This document shows, in pieces, positions 20,008-30,723 of a stretch of DNA of 64,000 nucleotides. This stretch comes from Bdellovibrionales bacterium (lineage in GTDB: Bacteria > Bdellovibrionota > Bdellovibrionia > Bdellovibrionales > UBA1609): positions 1,504,001 to 1,568,000 of the forward strand of contig OZ241456.1 in NCBI GenBank assembly GCA_965200875.1. The letters are read 5' to 3'. The translations under genes were made by a program, and so were the position numbers. Numbering within the stretch: the stretch's first letter is position 1; the number at the start of each line of letters is the position of its first letter. Below the pieces are notes generated by a model. It had not been told where the DNA came from. It did no database searches and was given only the letters and a program-made list of their open reading frames with translations.

Positions 20008-20889
20008 TTATTTATTAATTTTTTCTTTTTGTTTTTTTGTTTCAAGTGTTTTTCTTTTACTTTTCTCAAGGGTTTTAATACTGCTTTCAGGTGTGGGTAA
20101 CTCTTCTGGCATAGTTCCTCCAAGGTCTTTTATGGTTTTTCGTACTTGTCCGCCCACTTCATAGTGGGTCTGATTGGCCTCCTCTTTCCCCTTGATGTTT
20201 TCTCGGCGTAGTTTTTCATCAGTTTGTGTTGCGCGAAAAAGATTGGCCGCTAATTCTGTGCTCCCCATGTGATCCAAAATGTTTTGGCTTTTCTTTAACC
20301 TCTTCCTCTGACGAATATCTTTCGCACCCAGCCCTCCATATAATCCCTGATACCCGTGGTTTTGGAAAATCGCAAAATCCAAACCACTTTCCACTCCTGC
20401 TTTGCTGGCTGTCTCCACTAATTGTTTGTTATGCGTTTTCATTTCCTTTCGGAGGAAAAGCCTTTTTTTATCTTCATCTAATTGCCGAAAAGTTTTGTCA
20501 TCTGCAAGCTCCTGCCTGCGTGTCTGAAGGGCAAAGTAAGTTTGTCCGCTGGCAATCACAGGCTTGGAAGGATCGGCATTTTGGACGATCAAATAACAAG
20601 CATATCTGCTTAGCCGATAGTCGTAGTCCGGGATATGACGCTCGACAGCTAAGCCAGTTTTAACTATTTTTCCCACCTGGGAAAAATAGTCAGAAGGGGA
20701 GTTTTTGGAATTTTCACAGGCTTTTATGGCTTTTTGAATAACCACTTTAAATTTGCTCCAACTACTATATCCTAGCACTATCTGCAAGTCTCTGGCTGAC
20801 CAAAACTCCACACCTTCTGGTGTTGTTTGACGAATATCCTCAAAGGTTTTATGGTCGGTTTTTAATACTTGTCCATTGTTATTTTTCAT
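20008..20889 (-). CDS. dinD: DNA damage-inducible protein D family (copy 2)
   Basis: EFWSARDLQ, LSRYACYLIVQNADPSK, GQTYFA, GYQGLYGG, ILDHMGSTELAANLFRATQT. Confidence 0.93.
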   Translation of the reverse strand: MKNNNGQVLKTDHKTFEDIRQTTPEGVEFWSARDLQIVLGYSSWSKFKVVIQKAIKACENSKNSPSDYFSQVGKIVKTGLAVERHIPDYDYRLSRYACYLIVQNADPSKPVIASGQTYFALQTRRQELADDKTFRQLDEDKKRLFLRKEMKTHNKQLVETASKAGVESGLDFAIFQNHGYQGLYGGLGAKDIRQRKRLKKSQNILDHMGSTELAANLFRATQTDEKLRRENIKGKEEANQTHYEVGGQVRKTIKDLGGTMPEELPTPESSIKTLEKSKRKTLETKKQKEKINK

Positions 20890-21911
20890 TTTTTCCTCCT
20901 TTTTATCTTTTTTTCCACTTGCTTTGTTAGCTGTTCAATTTCTTTTATATCCTCCATATCAGCCAACAAGGCTTCTTCTTTCCTGCGGTTAGTGGAAAAC
21001 TCATCATAACGATCTTCTGCCAGTTTTTTGGCTACTTCAGCTTTAACTTTTCCAGCATGGGTCAGCAGTTCACGATCATTGAATTTTAAAAAAGCATCCA
21101 GTTTATTTTCCCATTTCTTCATGGTTATTGTTTGTCGCTTACTAGCCTGAGCTTCTGCATAATCCAAGTACATGGTAACAATCCGATTTAGTTCACTGAT
21201 TTCTTTTTTTTGCAAATAGTTCTTGGCAACAGCAACATCGCCTTTGCGGACTCTCGAACCCTGCCACGAAGTTAAACCCATATTGGTTTTTTTTGAATCA
21301 CTGCGATCAACAATTAATTCTGCCGCGGTTTTCCCAGTTACTGTCCATAGCATTTTGTTCTGTACCTTTTTGAAAAACAAATTAGCCTGATCAGATTCTT
21401 TGTCGTAGTCTATGGCCGTTTTATAAATGTCCCTGACTTTTTGATAAAATCGTTTCTCCGAAGCGCGAATTTCACGAATACGCTCCAACCACTCATCAAA
21501 GTAATCCCACTTTTTGGCCTGCTTTAATCGCTCATCATCCATTGCGAAACCTTTAATCAGGTATTCTTTTAAAATTGTTGTGGCCCATTTTCGAAATTGG
21601 ATACCTCGAGGAGAATTCACACGATAACCAACAGTTAAGATCATATCGAGGTTATAATGTGTCATATTGTAAGATTTGCCATCAGTGGCAGTTCGTCGGA
21701 ATTTCCGACAAACTATATTTTGGTTTAACTCGCCTGATTGTAAAATATTTTGAATATGTTCTGCAATAGTGGAACGACTTTTATTAAAAAGCTGTGCTAT
21801 TTCCTCCTGAATAAGCCAGACCGTTCCTTCCAAGGCTCTTAATTGCACATCTACCTGACCATCTTCAGTCGTGTATAAAATCATCTCTCCTTTATGTAAC
21901 AATTTATTCAT
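20886..21911 (-). CDS. rhuM: Virulence RhuM family protein
   Basis: YNLDMILTVGYRVNS.RGIQFRKWA, IREIRASEKRFYQK, VQNKM, AKNYL. Confidence 0.93.
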   Translation of the reverse strand: MNKLLHKGEMILYTTEDGQVDVQLRALEGTVWLIQEEIAQLFNKSRSTIAEHIQNILQSGELNQNIVCRKFRRTATDGKSYNMTHYNLDMILTVGYRVNSPRGIQFRKWATTILKEYLIKGFAMDDERLKQAKKWDYFDEWLERIREIRASEKRFYQKVRDIYKTAIDYDKESDQANLFFKKVQNKMLWTVTGKTAAELIVDRSDSKKTNMGLTSWQGSRVRKGDVAVAKNYLQKKEISELNRIVTMYLDYAEAQASKRQTITMKKWENKLDAFLKFNDRELLTHAGKVKAEVAKKLAEDRYDEFSTNRRKEEALLADMEDIKEIEQLTKQVEKKIKRRKK

Positions 21912-22155
21912 ACTCTCTGCCTTTCTTTAAACTTTTTCTCTTTGTACATCGATAAATAAAAAAATCAAGTGATAACAATGCTTTATCATTTATTCAGGAC
22001 CAACATGGTTATGCCTCCACTACATCTTTCTTGTCATGGAGACTTCAATCTGTGATGGTGATTGAAAACAAGCTTAAGATGAAAATAGTACATGACAGCT
22101 CAAACAAAATCAGTATAAAAAGCTTCAAAGGATTAATTTTTGCAAAATAAAATCT

Positions 22156-22872
22156 CTATAAAAATTTTTTGGGCATTTCATCCCAAGTTTTCCCATTGAG
22201 CAATCGACCAGTTGTGCTTTTTCGAACACCGCCCCATTGTTTAAAAAAGAAAGCAACATTTTTTTTAAGGCACTGATCGCGGATTTGTTCCACCCACTCT
22301 TTCTGCATTACACGAGCTTTTGGCCCGGATTCCCCTCCAACAATAACCCAATCAATGCCTTTAAGCTTGAGTCGGGGAAGTGGACCTAAAAGTGGTTCTA
22401 AGGATAAAAATTTTACATGAGCTGTTGTTTTCAGCAAGTGATTTGTTCGAAACATATAATTTTTATTTTCAATGCTTGTCCCTATCCATATATTTTTAGT
22501 CCAGTTAAGCTTTGGGGCAATCTGCTCCAGTCGCTCAGCACGTTTTGTTAAAACTTGAAAAATATGTTGAGGAGAACAATTCATCACCTGAAAAACTTTT
22601 TTTATAAAAAAATCAGGAACTCGCGCATGAAATAAATCGCTCATTGAGTTGACGAATATCATTTTTGGTTTCACCCATTTAAGAGGAATGTCAAGAGCTG
22701 ATTCATGCAAAGTAAGTTTAAAACCATTTCTGTAGTTTCGCTGACCCATTTTTTGTAACCTATGAGATAATCTTTCAGCATAGCAATTTTTACAACCAGG
22801 ACTAACTTTATTGCAACCGGTAAGAGGGTTCCATGTAGCATCTGTCCATTCTATACTTGATAATGTTGCCAT
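22156..22872 (-). CDS. DUF5131 / phage Gp37-Gp68 family (three-Cys, radical-SAM-like)
   Basis: [53 protein letters not shown]. Confidence 0.93.
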   Translation of the reverse strand: MATLSSIEWTDATWNPLTGCNKVSPGCKNCYAERLSHRLQKMGQRNYRNGFKLTLHESALDIPLKWVKPKMIFVNSMSDLFHARVPDFFIKKVFQVMNCSPQHIFQVLTKRAERLEQIAPKLNWTKNIWIGTSIENKNYMFRTNHLLKTTAHVKFLSLEPLLGPLPRLKLKGIDWVIVGGESGPKARVMQKEWVEQIRDQCLKKNVAFFFKQWGGVRKSTTGRLLNGKTWDEMPKKFL

Positions 22873-22874
22873 AT

Positions 22875-23708
22875 TTACTCCTGCTCCAAAACATGTTGCG
22901 AAATCCTTAGAGCTATATTTTTTCCTTTTGGATTACTGACAGCAAAATATAAGTAAAATAAAATACTGTTCCTAGAATTTTTTAAAGGCAGAGGCTCAGA
23001 AGCTACACCAGGGAATACTGTTTTTAGATGCTCTAAATAGTATTTTTTGATATCCTCAAACTTGGCGGTTTTTTCTTTTTCTGTTTTTTTAGTAAATAAA
23101 GAAAGTTGTTGTTTTTCTTGATAAAAGGCTTCCTTCCATTGAGAAGATCCAAGTGTTTTATTCAACTTTTTACATAATTTTTCTGGGATTTGTCCATCTC
23201 TGTAAAGCAATCTATTAACAGCCATTGCAGGGAATAAAATCCATAAATCTATAGCGTGAGTTTGTGATATGGCTTTAATGACATCCCATTCAACTTCCAT
23301 AGCAAAGGGATCAAGGAATAGGACAGCTCTGTGATTTATCCAATCCATTGTTTTGCAAAGTTCCTTTATGCAAATATTTGCATCTTCATTATGAAATATC
23401 AATTTTTTTGTTGGAAACTTGTCTTTTATTTGTTGAAGCTGTTGAAATATGTTTGGATCTTTTTCAATAAATATATATTTATCAAATCTCTGTGTATGTT
23501 CCAAAATAATGAGAGGAGAACCTTTTTGAAATTTTCTAATATGGCCCTCATCTTCACCGGCATTTTCATCTCTATAACCTGAACCGGCAAAAGCATCAAT
23601 GTACAAAAGTTTGAATTTTTGATTTTGCATCACCTTCTCATAAGCAAGAACATATTGTTTAAGAGAATCTAATTTTTTCTCTGTCCAATTTCCGCCAAAT
23701 TTATTCAT
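22875..23708 (-). CDS. tcmP: Three-Cys-motif partner protein TcmP (SAM-dependent methyltransferase fold)
   Basis: [27 protein letters not shown]; directly upstream of DUF5131. Confidence 0.88.
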   Translation of the reverse strand: MNKFGGNWTEKKLDSLKQYVLAYEKVMQNQKFKLLYIDAFAGSGYRDENAGEDEGHIRKFQKGSPLIILEHTQRFDKYIFIEKDPNIFQQLQQIKDKFPTKKLIFHNEDANICIKELCKTMDWINHRAVLFLDPFAMEVEWDVIKAISQTHAIDLWILFPAMAVNRLLYRDGQIPEKLCKKLNKTLGSSQWKEAFYQEKQQLSLFTKKTEKEKTAKFEDIKKYYLEHLKTVFPGVASEPLPLKNSRNSILFYLYFAVSNPKGKNIALRISQHVLEQE

Positions 23709-23786
23709 TTTTCCTCTATATTCTTGTTTGTAATAAAATCGCTATTCTGTGAATCTAAAAGTAGAGAGTTTGTTTCAATTTTTTAT

Positions 23787-23903
23787 TCATGATTTTATCC
23801 ATACTATAATTAAGTTGTATTTTTTAAAATCTGGCAGATCATCTGACGCTTGATAATTATCAAAAACTCCAAAATTTTTTATTTTCTTAATTTTTGTAAT
23901 CAT
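23787..23903 (-). pseudogene. N-terminal remnant of an AAA_13/RloC-type ATPase
   Basis: Manual translation MITKIKKIKNFGVFDNYQASDDLPDFKKYNLI..., cut just before the expected YGxNxSGKT P-loop. Confidence 0.5.
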
Positions 23904-23969
23904 TTTTCCTGTAAAAACTCCAAATGTTTTATTTTTGATACTCAAAGGTAAAAAAAGACCAAAAATATA

Positions 23970-25590
23970 CTACACAATTTTTTGATAGCTTTCAAGATGA
24001 GATAAGGACTTTGAGAGTTGAAGCTCTAAAGCCTTTTCCTTTTGTATTTGTTTTTCAGCATTTTCTATAACCTTCATAAGAGCAACAATCTCTTTTTGCA
24101 CCTCCAGAGGAGGAAATGGTATTTTGATTGCTTTTATTGATTTCTGATTGATTGAATCAAAGACTGAACCTCCACCTCCTGTAATTTTACTTTGACTTTT
24201 CTTTAAATAATAAAACAAGAACATTTGATTGATTTTGTTGTTCTTTACTCTGATAGAAGCTAGTCCTCTTCCAATACAAATTTTTTGAAGTGTAATATTC
24301 ACGGGGCCCACGGGAGCACGAACAGACATTAAAATATCATTCGGTTTTGCTGTTTTTGTAACACTTACTGTCCATTTCACAGGCTCTCCCAAATATATGT
24401 CTCCAAACTCTTTTTTCCCTTGATAAAAAGGAGTACCTTGATTGTGTGTATTATAAAATCGGCCTTTTGGAGACTGACCAGAAATAATCTGTGCAATATC
24501 TCCTAATTCCACCATAGGCCATATACTGTCTGGTTGTTCTGCAAAAGCAATGTCCTCTTTTTTGAGATAAGCTTTTTGTTCCTTCACCAGAGCTTGTAAA
24601 GATTTTTTAATCCGGCCATTAGAGAGTTTCTGAAAATCTAAACTTCCGCAAAGCATCAGCTGAAACAGCAGGGATTTAAAATTTTTTACACCATTTTCTG
24701 AATACAAAATGTCCTTAAAATTATCTTTCAGCCTCTTCCAGTTATGAACTAACTCCGATTTGGTTTTGGATTGAGTGATGAAATACATGGAAGACTTAGA
24801 AAACTCATCTTGCTTTTGAGATTTTTCCTTTGTTTGAATTTCCAACAAGGTGCACTTTTTCATAAGAGCGACAATCTCTTTTTGCACCTCCAGAGGAGGA
24901 AGTGGTATTTTATATTTCATAGCATAGTCTTTTGTGAGTCTTTGTAGTCCTCCTGTTCCACTCATATTCTCTTTTCCATTATTAATAAATGTATTACTGG
25001 AAATGAAGTAATAGAGTATTTCAGAAAGAATGATTTTTTTATTAACTCTATACACAAAAAATTCACTTGAACCAAAGCCAATCCCATTCTTTAAACTTCT
25101 AGCAATTCCAGATTTTCCATTTTCAAAACAAGGTGTCACACGAGCAAGTAAAACATCTCCTTCTGCAAAGTATGTGTATCCTGAATATACATTTTTTAAC
25201 TTTTTTTCATTTTTTATTCTAAAGTTTATATTATGAGCATTCAAATCTGCCATTGGAACAAAGGATATAAACTGATTTTTTGGTAATTTTTTTACTTCAG
25301 ACTTTTTAGGACTAAATTCACAAATATCTCCTAATTCCACCATAGGCCATATACTGTCTGGTTGTTCTGCAAAAGCAATGTGCTCTTTTTTGAGATAAGC
25401 TTTTTGTTCCTTCACCAGAGCTTGTAAAGATTTTTTAATCCGGCCATTAGAGAGTTTTTGAAAGTCCAAACTTCCATTAATAGCTAATTGAAAAATCAAA
25501 GACTTAAAACATTTAAAGCTTTTTTCTGACTTAGAGAAAATATCAAAATTTCTGAATAAAATATTATTATTTGATTTTAGATCTGTTTTC
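23970..25590 (-). CDS. hsdS: Type I RM specificity subunit HsdS (copy 2) with duplicated conserved regions
   Basis: WPMVELGDI x2, PPLEVQKEIV x2, two TRDs (TPCFENGK; SGQSP/SVRAPVG). Start probably ATG 25590 (track gives 25655). Confidence 0.88.
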
Positions 25591-25599
25591 ATTTTTTCT

Positions 25600-26001
25600 T
25601 TAATTTTTGTGTTTAAAAAGACCTTCAATAATAGCGCGAACGATTGCAAAAACACTTACAGTTGTGCTTCCGATCAGAGTAACCAGAGCCCATTTATCAA
25701 GCTGAAATCCAAAACACTGAAAGCCACTGCATACCAAGATAAAAAGAACAATACCCGACCATATACACATATACCAAAACATTTTCCTAGCATAGTTTTC
25801 TCTTAAATTTCTGTTGCTTTCTCGATCCTTTATTTCCTCTCTTGCAAGCTCTGCTTTTTGCTCATCTTGCAAATCTTTTTCTGGAACTTTATATTCTTCT
25901 TGTATATCCTTGGATATATCTTTTAATATTTTAAGTAGTGAATTTGTTGCTGATTTTAAATCTTCTTTTATCGGCTGGTTTATATTATTTTTGTTGTTCA
26001 T
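25600..26001 (-). CDS. Small two-TM protein, candidate Panacea-neutralised toxin
   Basis: Charged N-terminus plus two hydrophobic helices; downstream of the DUF4065 gene on the same strand. Confidence 0.55.
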   Translation of the reverse strand: MNNKNNINQPIKEDLKSATNSLLKILKDISKDIQEEYKVPEKDLQDEQKAELAREEIKDRESNRNLRENYARKMFWYMCIWSGIVLFILVCSGFQCFGFQLDKWALVTLIGSTTVSVFAIVRAIIEGLFKHKN

Positions 26002-26158
26002 TTTTATTTATTGTTCAAGGGTTATTCCAATTAGTCACCGGTGAAAAAGTATGTAATTTTTCTGGATCCTAATTTCTCGCTGGACTGAAAAGCAAACAGC
26101 TTTAGTTTTCAGTTTCCAAGAGGGAACTTTCACCTAAACAGACAAGTAACTCACATAA

Positions 26159-26665
26159 TCAAAGTTGTTTCACACTTGACTGCTTATTTTTTGTAAGACC
26201 TTTATAATATTTTTTGATTTCATCGTTACTTATGGAAAAACCTCTTATATGTTTTCCAGCTTCCCAAGCTTTATACCAAGGAGCATCCTCAGCATGGGTA
26301 ATAGCTGATAACTCCCAACCATCTAGATTTCCAAACTCTTTGTGAGTAAAATCCATAATGATTTTTTCGTCCTCATCAAAATGGGAGCTGACATCCTCTA
26401 AAGTATTGTTTACCATATTTGCTTTTTGAGCTTTATTTTTAATTAGCCCCGGTTTTTCATATTTAAACTCGTGATATATACTTGGGAAAACAGGACCGAA
26501 CTTCCATGCTTCCGCATATTCATCTGCCAAAGGCTTATCAAGTAGAGCCAAAGTAAAACCATGAGAAATATAAGACAATTTAAGAAGTTGCATTAAAGTT
26601 AATCCATTATCACTTAAACCTATAAAATAATTTGCAATAGCTATAGGATTATGCCCTATTGACAT
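26159..26665 (-). CDS. Panacea (DUF4065/SocA/GepA) antitoxin
   Basis: IANYFI, LTLMQLLKLSY, EAWKFGPV, LSAITH...PW. Confidence 0.9.
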   Translation of the reverse strand: MSIGHNPIAIANYFIGLSDNGLTLMQLLKLSYISHGFTLALLDKPLADEYAEAWKFGPVFPSIYHEFKYEKPGLIKNKAQKANMVNNTLEDVSSHFDEDEKIIMDFTHKEFGNLDGWELSAITHAEDAPWYKAWEAGKHIRGFSISNDEIKKYYKGLTKNKQSSVKQL

Positions 26666-26872
26666 TTTATAATCTCCTTAACTGACTTTTTTTGACTTGA
26701 CATGACTTTATTTTCCTTTATTTACGACTGAGAATCAAGGCATAAAACTGTGTTCCTCTATAAAACATCTTAAAAAAGGGACAAAATAGCGTTGTTTGCT
26801 CAAAAAACCTGAAATTTCAAGTGTGACCAGTATAAATATAAAAGCACAGTAACTGTTCAACTGTTTTTCCCA

Positions 26873-28312
26873 TCAAAGAAAAGCCTTTTCTATTTTTTGT
26901 TTTATTTCATCCAATAACTTCTTGTTTTTCTTCTTTAAAGACAAATATTCTTTCTCAAGAACCATCGGATCAGCATATTCTTCTTTATCAGTATGAGGAT
27001 TTTTTATATCTAAATTGTAATGATTCTTTTTTACCTCTTCTATGGAAACCTGCCATGAATACTTGTTTGCCTTTCTGTATTGAAACCACTCTTTAACTGG
27101 TTCAAACTCCTGACGCTGAATAGGGTTGCCCTTTGTATATTGCTTTAAACCTTGAGGTAAAGGAAGTTCATAATACCATACTTTTTTTGTCATTGAACCT
27201 TTTTTGAAAAACAAAAGATTTGTAGGAATGGAAGAATAAGGATTAAACACCCCTTTAGGCAATCTAACCATTGTATGAAGATTGCAGGTCTCTAAAAGCT
27301 CTTGTCTAATTCTTGCTGTCACTCCGGTTTGAAATAAACTTCCATTTGGTAAAACAACACCTGCTCTTCCGCCTTCTTTTAGCAAATTTACAATCAGTAT
27401 AAGAAACAAATCTGCTGTCTCGCTGGTTTGAAAACTTTGTGGAAAATTAGCTTTAACCCCTTCCTCTTCACTTCCACCAAAAGGAGGATTTGTTAAAATT
27501 ACATCCACTTTGTCCTTGGCTTTGTATTCTGTCATTATTTTTTTTAATTTGTTCCCTCTGACAATTTGAGTGGGATTTTCTATGCCATGTAACAACATAT
27601 TTGTCACACAAAGAAGATGCGGGAGAGGTTTTTTTTCCACTCCATAGATTTGCTTTTGAAGCTTTTTTCTGTCCTTTACTGTATGCACATCATTTTTTCT
27701 GAGATATTGGACAGCACAGGATAAAAAACCTCCTGTCCCGCAAGCCGGATCCAAAACTTTTTCTCCTAACTGAGGGCCAATCACTTCTGTCATAAACTGG
27801 GTGACAGGTCTTGGTGTATAAAACTCTCCTGCATTTCCAGCACCTTGTAAATCCTTTAAAAAGTTCTCATAAATATCTCCGAAGATATGCAAATCCTCTG
27901 TTTTATTAAAATCAACTTCATTCACTTTGTTAATAACTTGCCTTAGAAGTGTGCCATTTTTCATATAATTATTTGAATCCTGAAAAACCTCTTTAACCAT
28001 AATTCCTCTTGGATTTGTCTGAATATTTACAGACAAGTTTTTGAAGTGCGGAAACAAGTCATTATTGATAAATTTTAATAAATCATTTCCTGTAATACCT
28101 TCAGGGTTGCTTGCCCAATTTTTCCATAAGTATTTCTTAGGGATAGAAGGAGTATGATTTCTTTTTAAAGTTTCACTTTCAAGCTCTTTATCACTGAATA
28201 TCTTTAAGAAAAAAATCCAGCCCAGCTGTTCAATTCTCTGAGCATCTCCACTGACACCTGCATCTTGTCTCATAATGTTTTGTATGGATTTTACAAGATT
28301 TTGAAGAGACAT
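26873..28312 (-). CDS. hsdM: Type I RM methyltransferase HsdM
   Basis: GEFYTPRPV, DPACGTGGFL, NPPF, VRLPKGVF. Confidence 0.96.
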   Translation of the reverse strand: MSLQNLVKSIQNIMRQDAGVSGDAQRIEQLGWIFFLKIFSDKELESETLKRNHTPSIPKKYLWKNWASNPEGITGNDLLKFINNDLFPHFKNLSVNIQTNPRGIMVKEVFQDSNNYMKNGTLLRQVINKVNEVDFNKTEDLHIFGDIYENFLKDLQGAGNAGEFYTPRPVTQFMTEVIGPQLGEKVLDPACGTGGFLSCAVQYLRKNDVHTVKDRKKLQKQIYGVEKKPLPHLLCVTNMLLHGIENPTQIVRGNKLKKIMTEYKAKDKVDVILTNPPFGGSEEEGVKANFPQSFQTSETADLFLILIVNLLKEGGRAGVVLPNGSLFQTGVTARIRQELLETCNLHTMVRLPKGVFNPYSSIPTNLLFFKKGSMTKKVWYYELPLPQGLKQYTKGNPIQRQEFEPVKEWFQYRKANKYSWQVSIEEVKKNHYNLDIKNPHTDKEEYADPMVLEKEYLSLKKKNKKLLDEIKQKIEKAFL

Positions 28313-28321
28313 TTCATATCC

Positions 28322-30619
28322 TTAATAAAGCTCACCCAGTATTTGTTTTATAGCTTTTATATAGTTTTCTTTGCCATTAAATTTGTTGATTATTTCCACC
28401 GGAGTGCCAAATTTTGCCATAGAGGGAGTTCTTAAAGTATCCAAGTTCTCCAAGCTATCCACTCCATTATAAGCATATTTTTTCAACAGCTCATTTATTA
28501 TTTGCTGACAATCTACCTCTAAAAAAGAGAAGGCAGAAGAGTTTTTAGCTTTCTCCACTCTTTGCTCTTTCGTCAAAAATTCTTTTCCGAAAACAAAATA
28601 ATTTATCAAATCAAACACATCTATATTGTGATGATTTTTTTGTTTTAAAGGCTCCGTCAATAAACCTTCTTCCTGTAATTCATCTATAATTTCCTTTTTA
28701 TTATTTGATTCCTTCCAATGAGTTACAAAATTGTCTAAAGTTGCGTATTTTTTACAGACAACTTTCTTTGTATAATCTATAAAAGATTCAGTGATAAGAT
28801 TTCCATCAGCCCCTATATATTTAACCTCTTCACCTATAATTTCAACCTGCTGATTTTTTACATAATATTTTCTTCTTGGTGTAACATCATCAGGATCTTC
28901 TATTTGTTTATCATGGATTTCATCTTCTGGATGAACCACAACAGATTCCCCTAGTGCGAGTTCATGGATTTCTACTGGTTCTCCGTCAAAATCAGGATCA
29001 TTGAAAAGCCTTGTTGCCCCTTTAAAATCCATAATGGTAAAAAACATTTTGTCAAAATCCTCTTCAACACGAGTTCCCCGTCCAATAATCTGTTTAAATT
29101 CTGACATGGAGTTAATTATTTTATCCAATACAATCAATTTACAGGTTCTTGCATCTACACCTGTTGTCAAAAGTTTTGAAGTTGTCACTATAACCGGATA
29201 CCTTTTTTCAGGATTAATAAAATTTTCAATTTCATTTTTTCCTATTTCGTCATCACCCGTTATCTTCATAATGTATTTATCGCTTTCTTTAACTTTTTCG
29301 GAATTTTGGTTGATGAGCTGTTGCCTCATTCTTTCAGCATGGTCTATATCCTCACAAAATATAATTGTTTTTTGAAAAGGATCTGTTTGCTCTAAAAACT
29401 CTGTGACCCTTTGAGCAACAAGCTCTGTTCTTTTTTCAAGGACAAGGCTTTTATCCATATCTTTTTGTTTAAACTCTCTACTTTCAATAAGCTGGCCATA
29501 TTTATCCCTCTGACCTTGTTTTGGTCTCCAGCCGTAAATGTCTTTATCTATATCAATTCTAATGACTTTATAGGGAGCTAGGAAGCCGTCTTCAATTCCC
29601 TGCTTTAAAGAATAAGTATAAACAGGATCACCAAAATAATGAATGTTGGACACATACCTAGTTTCTTTTGGAGTTGCTGTTAAACCGATTTGAGTTGCAG
29701 AGCTAAAATATTCCAAAATCTCACGCCAAGAGGAATCCTCTTTAGCACTCCCTCTATGACATTCATCAATCACAATTAAATCAAAAAAATCCTTAGAGAA
29801 TTTTCTAAAAATTTTCTTGTTCTCTTGCTCTCCTGTAATTGCCTGATACAAAGACAAAAAAACCTCGTATGCCGGATCTGCTACTCTTCCTTTGATTTTT
29901 GTCATTACCTGTCCAAAAGGAGCAAAATCATTGTTTCGACTTTGGTCAACCAAGATATTTCTATCCGCTAAAAACAAAATGCGTTTTTTCTTTTTAGCTT
30001 TCCATAATTTCCACATAATTTGAAAAGCCGTGTAGGTTTTTCCTGTCCCTGTTGCCATAACCAAAAGAAGTCTGTTTTGACCTTGAGATATAGCTTCAAC
30101 AGATCTGTTAATGGCAATTCTCTGATAATATCTTGGCTCTTTTGCTTCCACCCCACTATGATAAGGTTCTAAAATGATTTTTTCCTGCTCCTCACTGATA
30201 TTTTTATGCTCTTTATAAATTGACCACAGATATTCAGGGGAGGGAAAATCTTTTAGTTTCAATTCTGTTTCTTTTCCAGAGATTTTATCATGGAATAAAA
30301 AACCATCGCCATTTGAGGAAAAAGCAAAGGGAATGTCTAAAATGTCTGCATACCCTAAAGCCTGTTGTATCCCTGAAGATATAGAGTGATTGTTGTCCTT
30401 TGCTTCAATAACTGCAATTTGCCTGTCATTTTTATAAAGAATATAGTCCGCCTTTTTGCCCTTCAGTCTCTTGGTGTTTTGCCCTTGGACTTGTATTCTT
30501 CCGTCCGTAAAATAAAGCTCTTCTCTCATTTGAGAAATTTTATCCCAGCCTGCCTGTTCTATTGCAGGGGTAATATATTTTGTGCAAATATCCCGCTCTG
30601 TCAGATCTTTTTTATTCAT
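28322..30619 (-). CDS. hsdR: Type I RM restriction subunit HsdR (EcoAI-like)
   Basis: ADY...VIEAK, MATGTGKT, DECHRGSA, LTATP, QIIGRGTR; intact 765 aa. Confidence 0.96.
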   Translation of the reverse strand: MNKKDLTERDICTKYITPAIEQAGWDKISQMREELYFTDGRIQVQGQNTKRLKGKKADYILYKNDRQIAVIEAKDNNHSISSGIQQALGYADILDIPFAFSSNGDGFLFHDKISGKETELKLKDFPSPEYLWSIYKEHKNISEEQEKIILEPYHSGVEAKEPRYYQRIAINRSVEAISQGQNRLLLVMATGTGKTYTAFQIMWKLWKAKKKKRILFLADRNILVDQSRNNDFAPFGQVMTKIKGRVADPAYEVFLSLYQAITGEQENKKIFRKFSKDFFDLIVIDECHRGSAKEDSSWREILEYFSSATQIGLTATPKETRYVSNIHYFGDPVYTYSLKQGIEDGFLAPYKVIRIDIDKDIYGWRPKQGQRDKYGQLIESREFKQKDMDKSLVLEKRTELVAQRVTEFLEQTDPFQKTIIFCEDIDHAERMRQQLINQNSEKVKESDKYIMKITGDDEIGKNEIENFINPEKRYPVIVTTSKLLTTGVDARTCKLIVLDKIINSMSEFKQIIGRGTRVEEDFDKMFFTIMDFKGATRLFNDPDFDGEPVEIHELALGESVVVHPEDEIHDKQIEDPDDVTPRRKYYVKNQQVEIIGEEVKYIGADGNLITESFIDYTKKVVCKKYATLDNFVTHWKESNNKKEIIDELQEEGLLTEPLKQKNHHNIDVFDLINYFVFGKEFLTKEQRVEKAKNSSAFSFLEVDCQQIINELLKKYAYNGVDSLENLDTLRTPSMAKFGTPVEIINKFNGKENYIKAIKQILGELY

Positions 30620-30723
30620 AATAATATACCTTATCTTTTTCTACTTGATTTAAAATAATCTTATTTACTTGACTTATCTTTTATTGTCCTCAAATTAACT
30701 GTTATTACAAGGATTTTACTATT

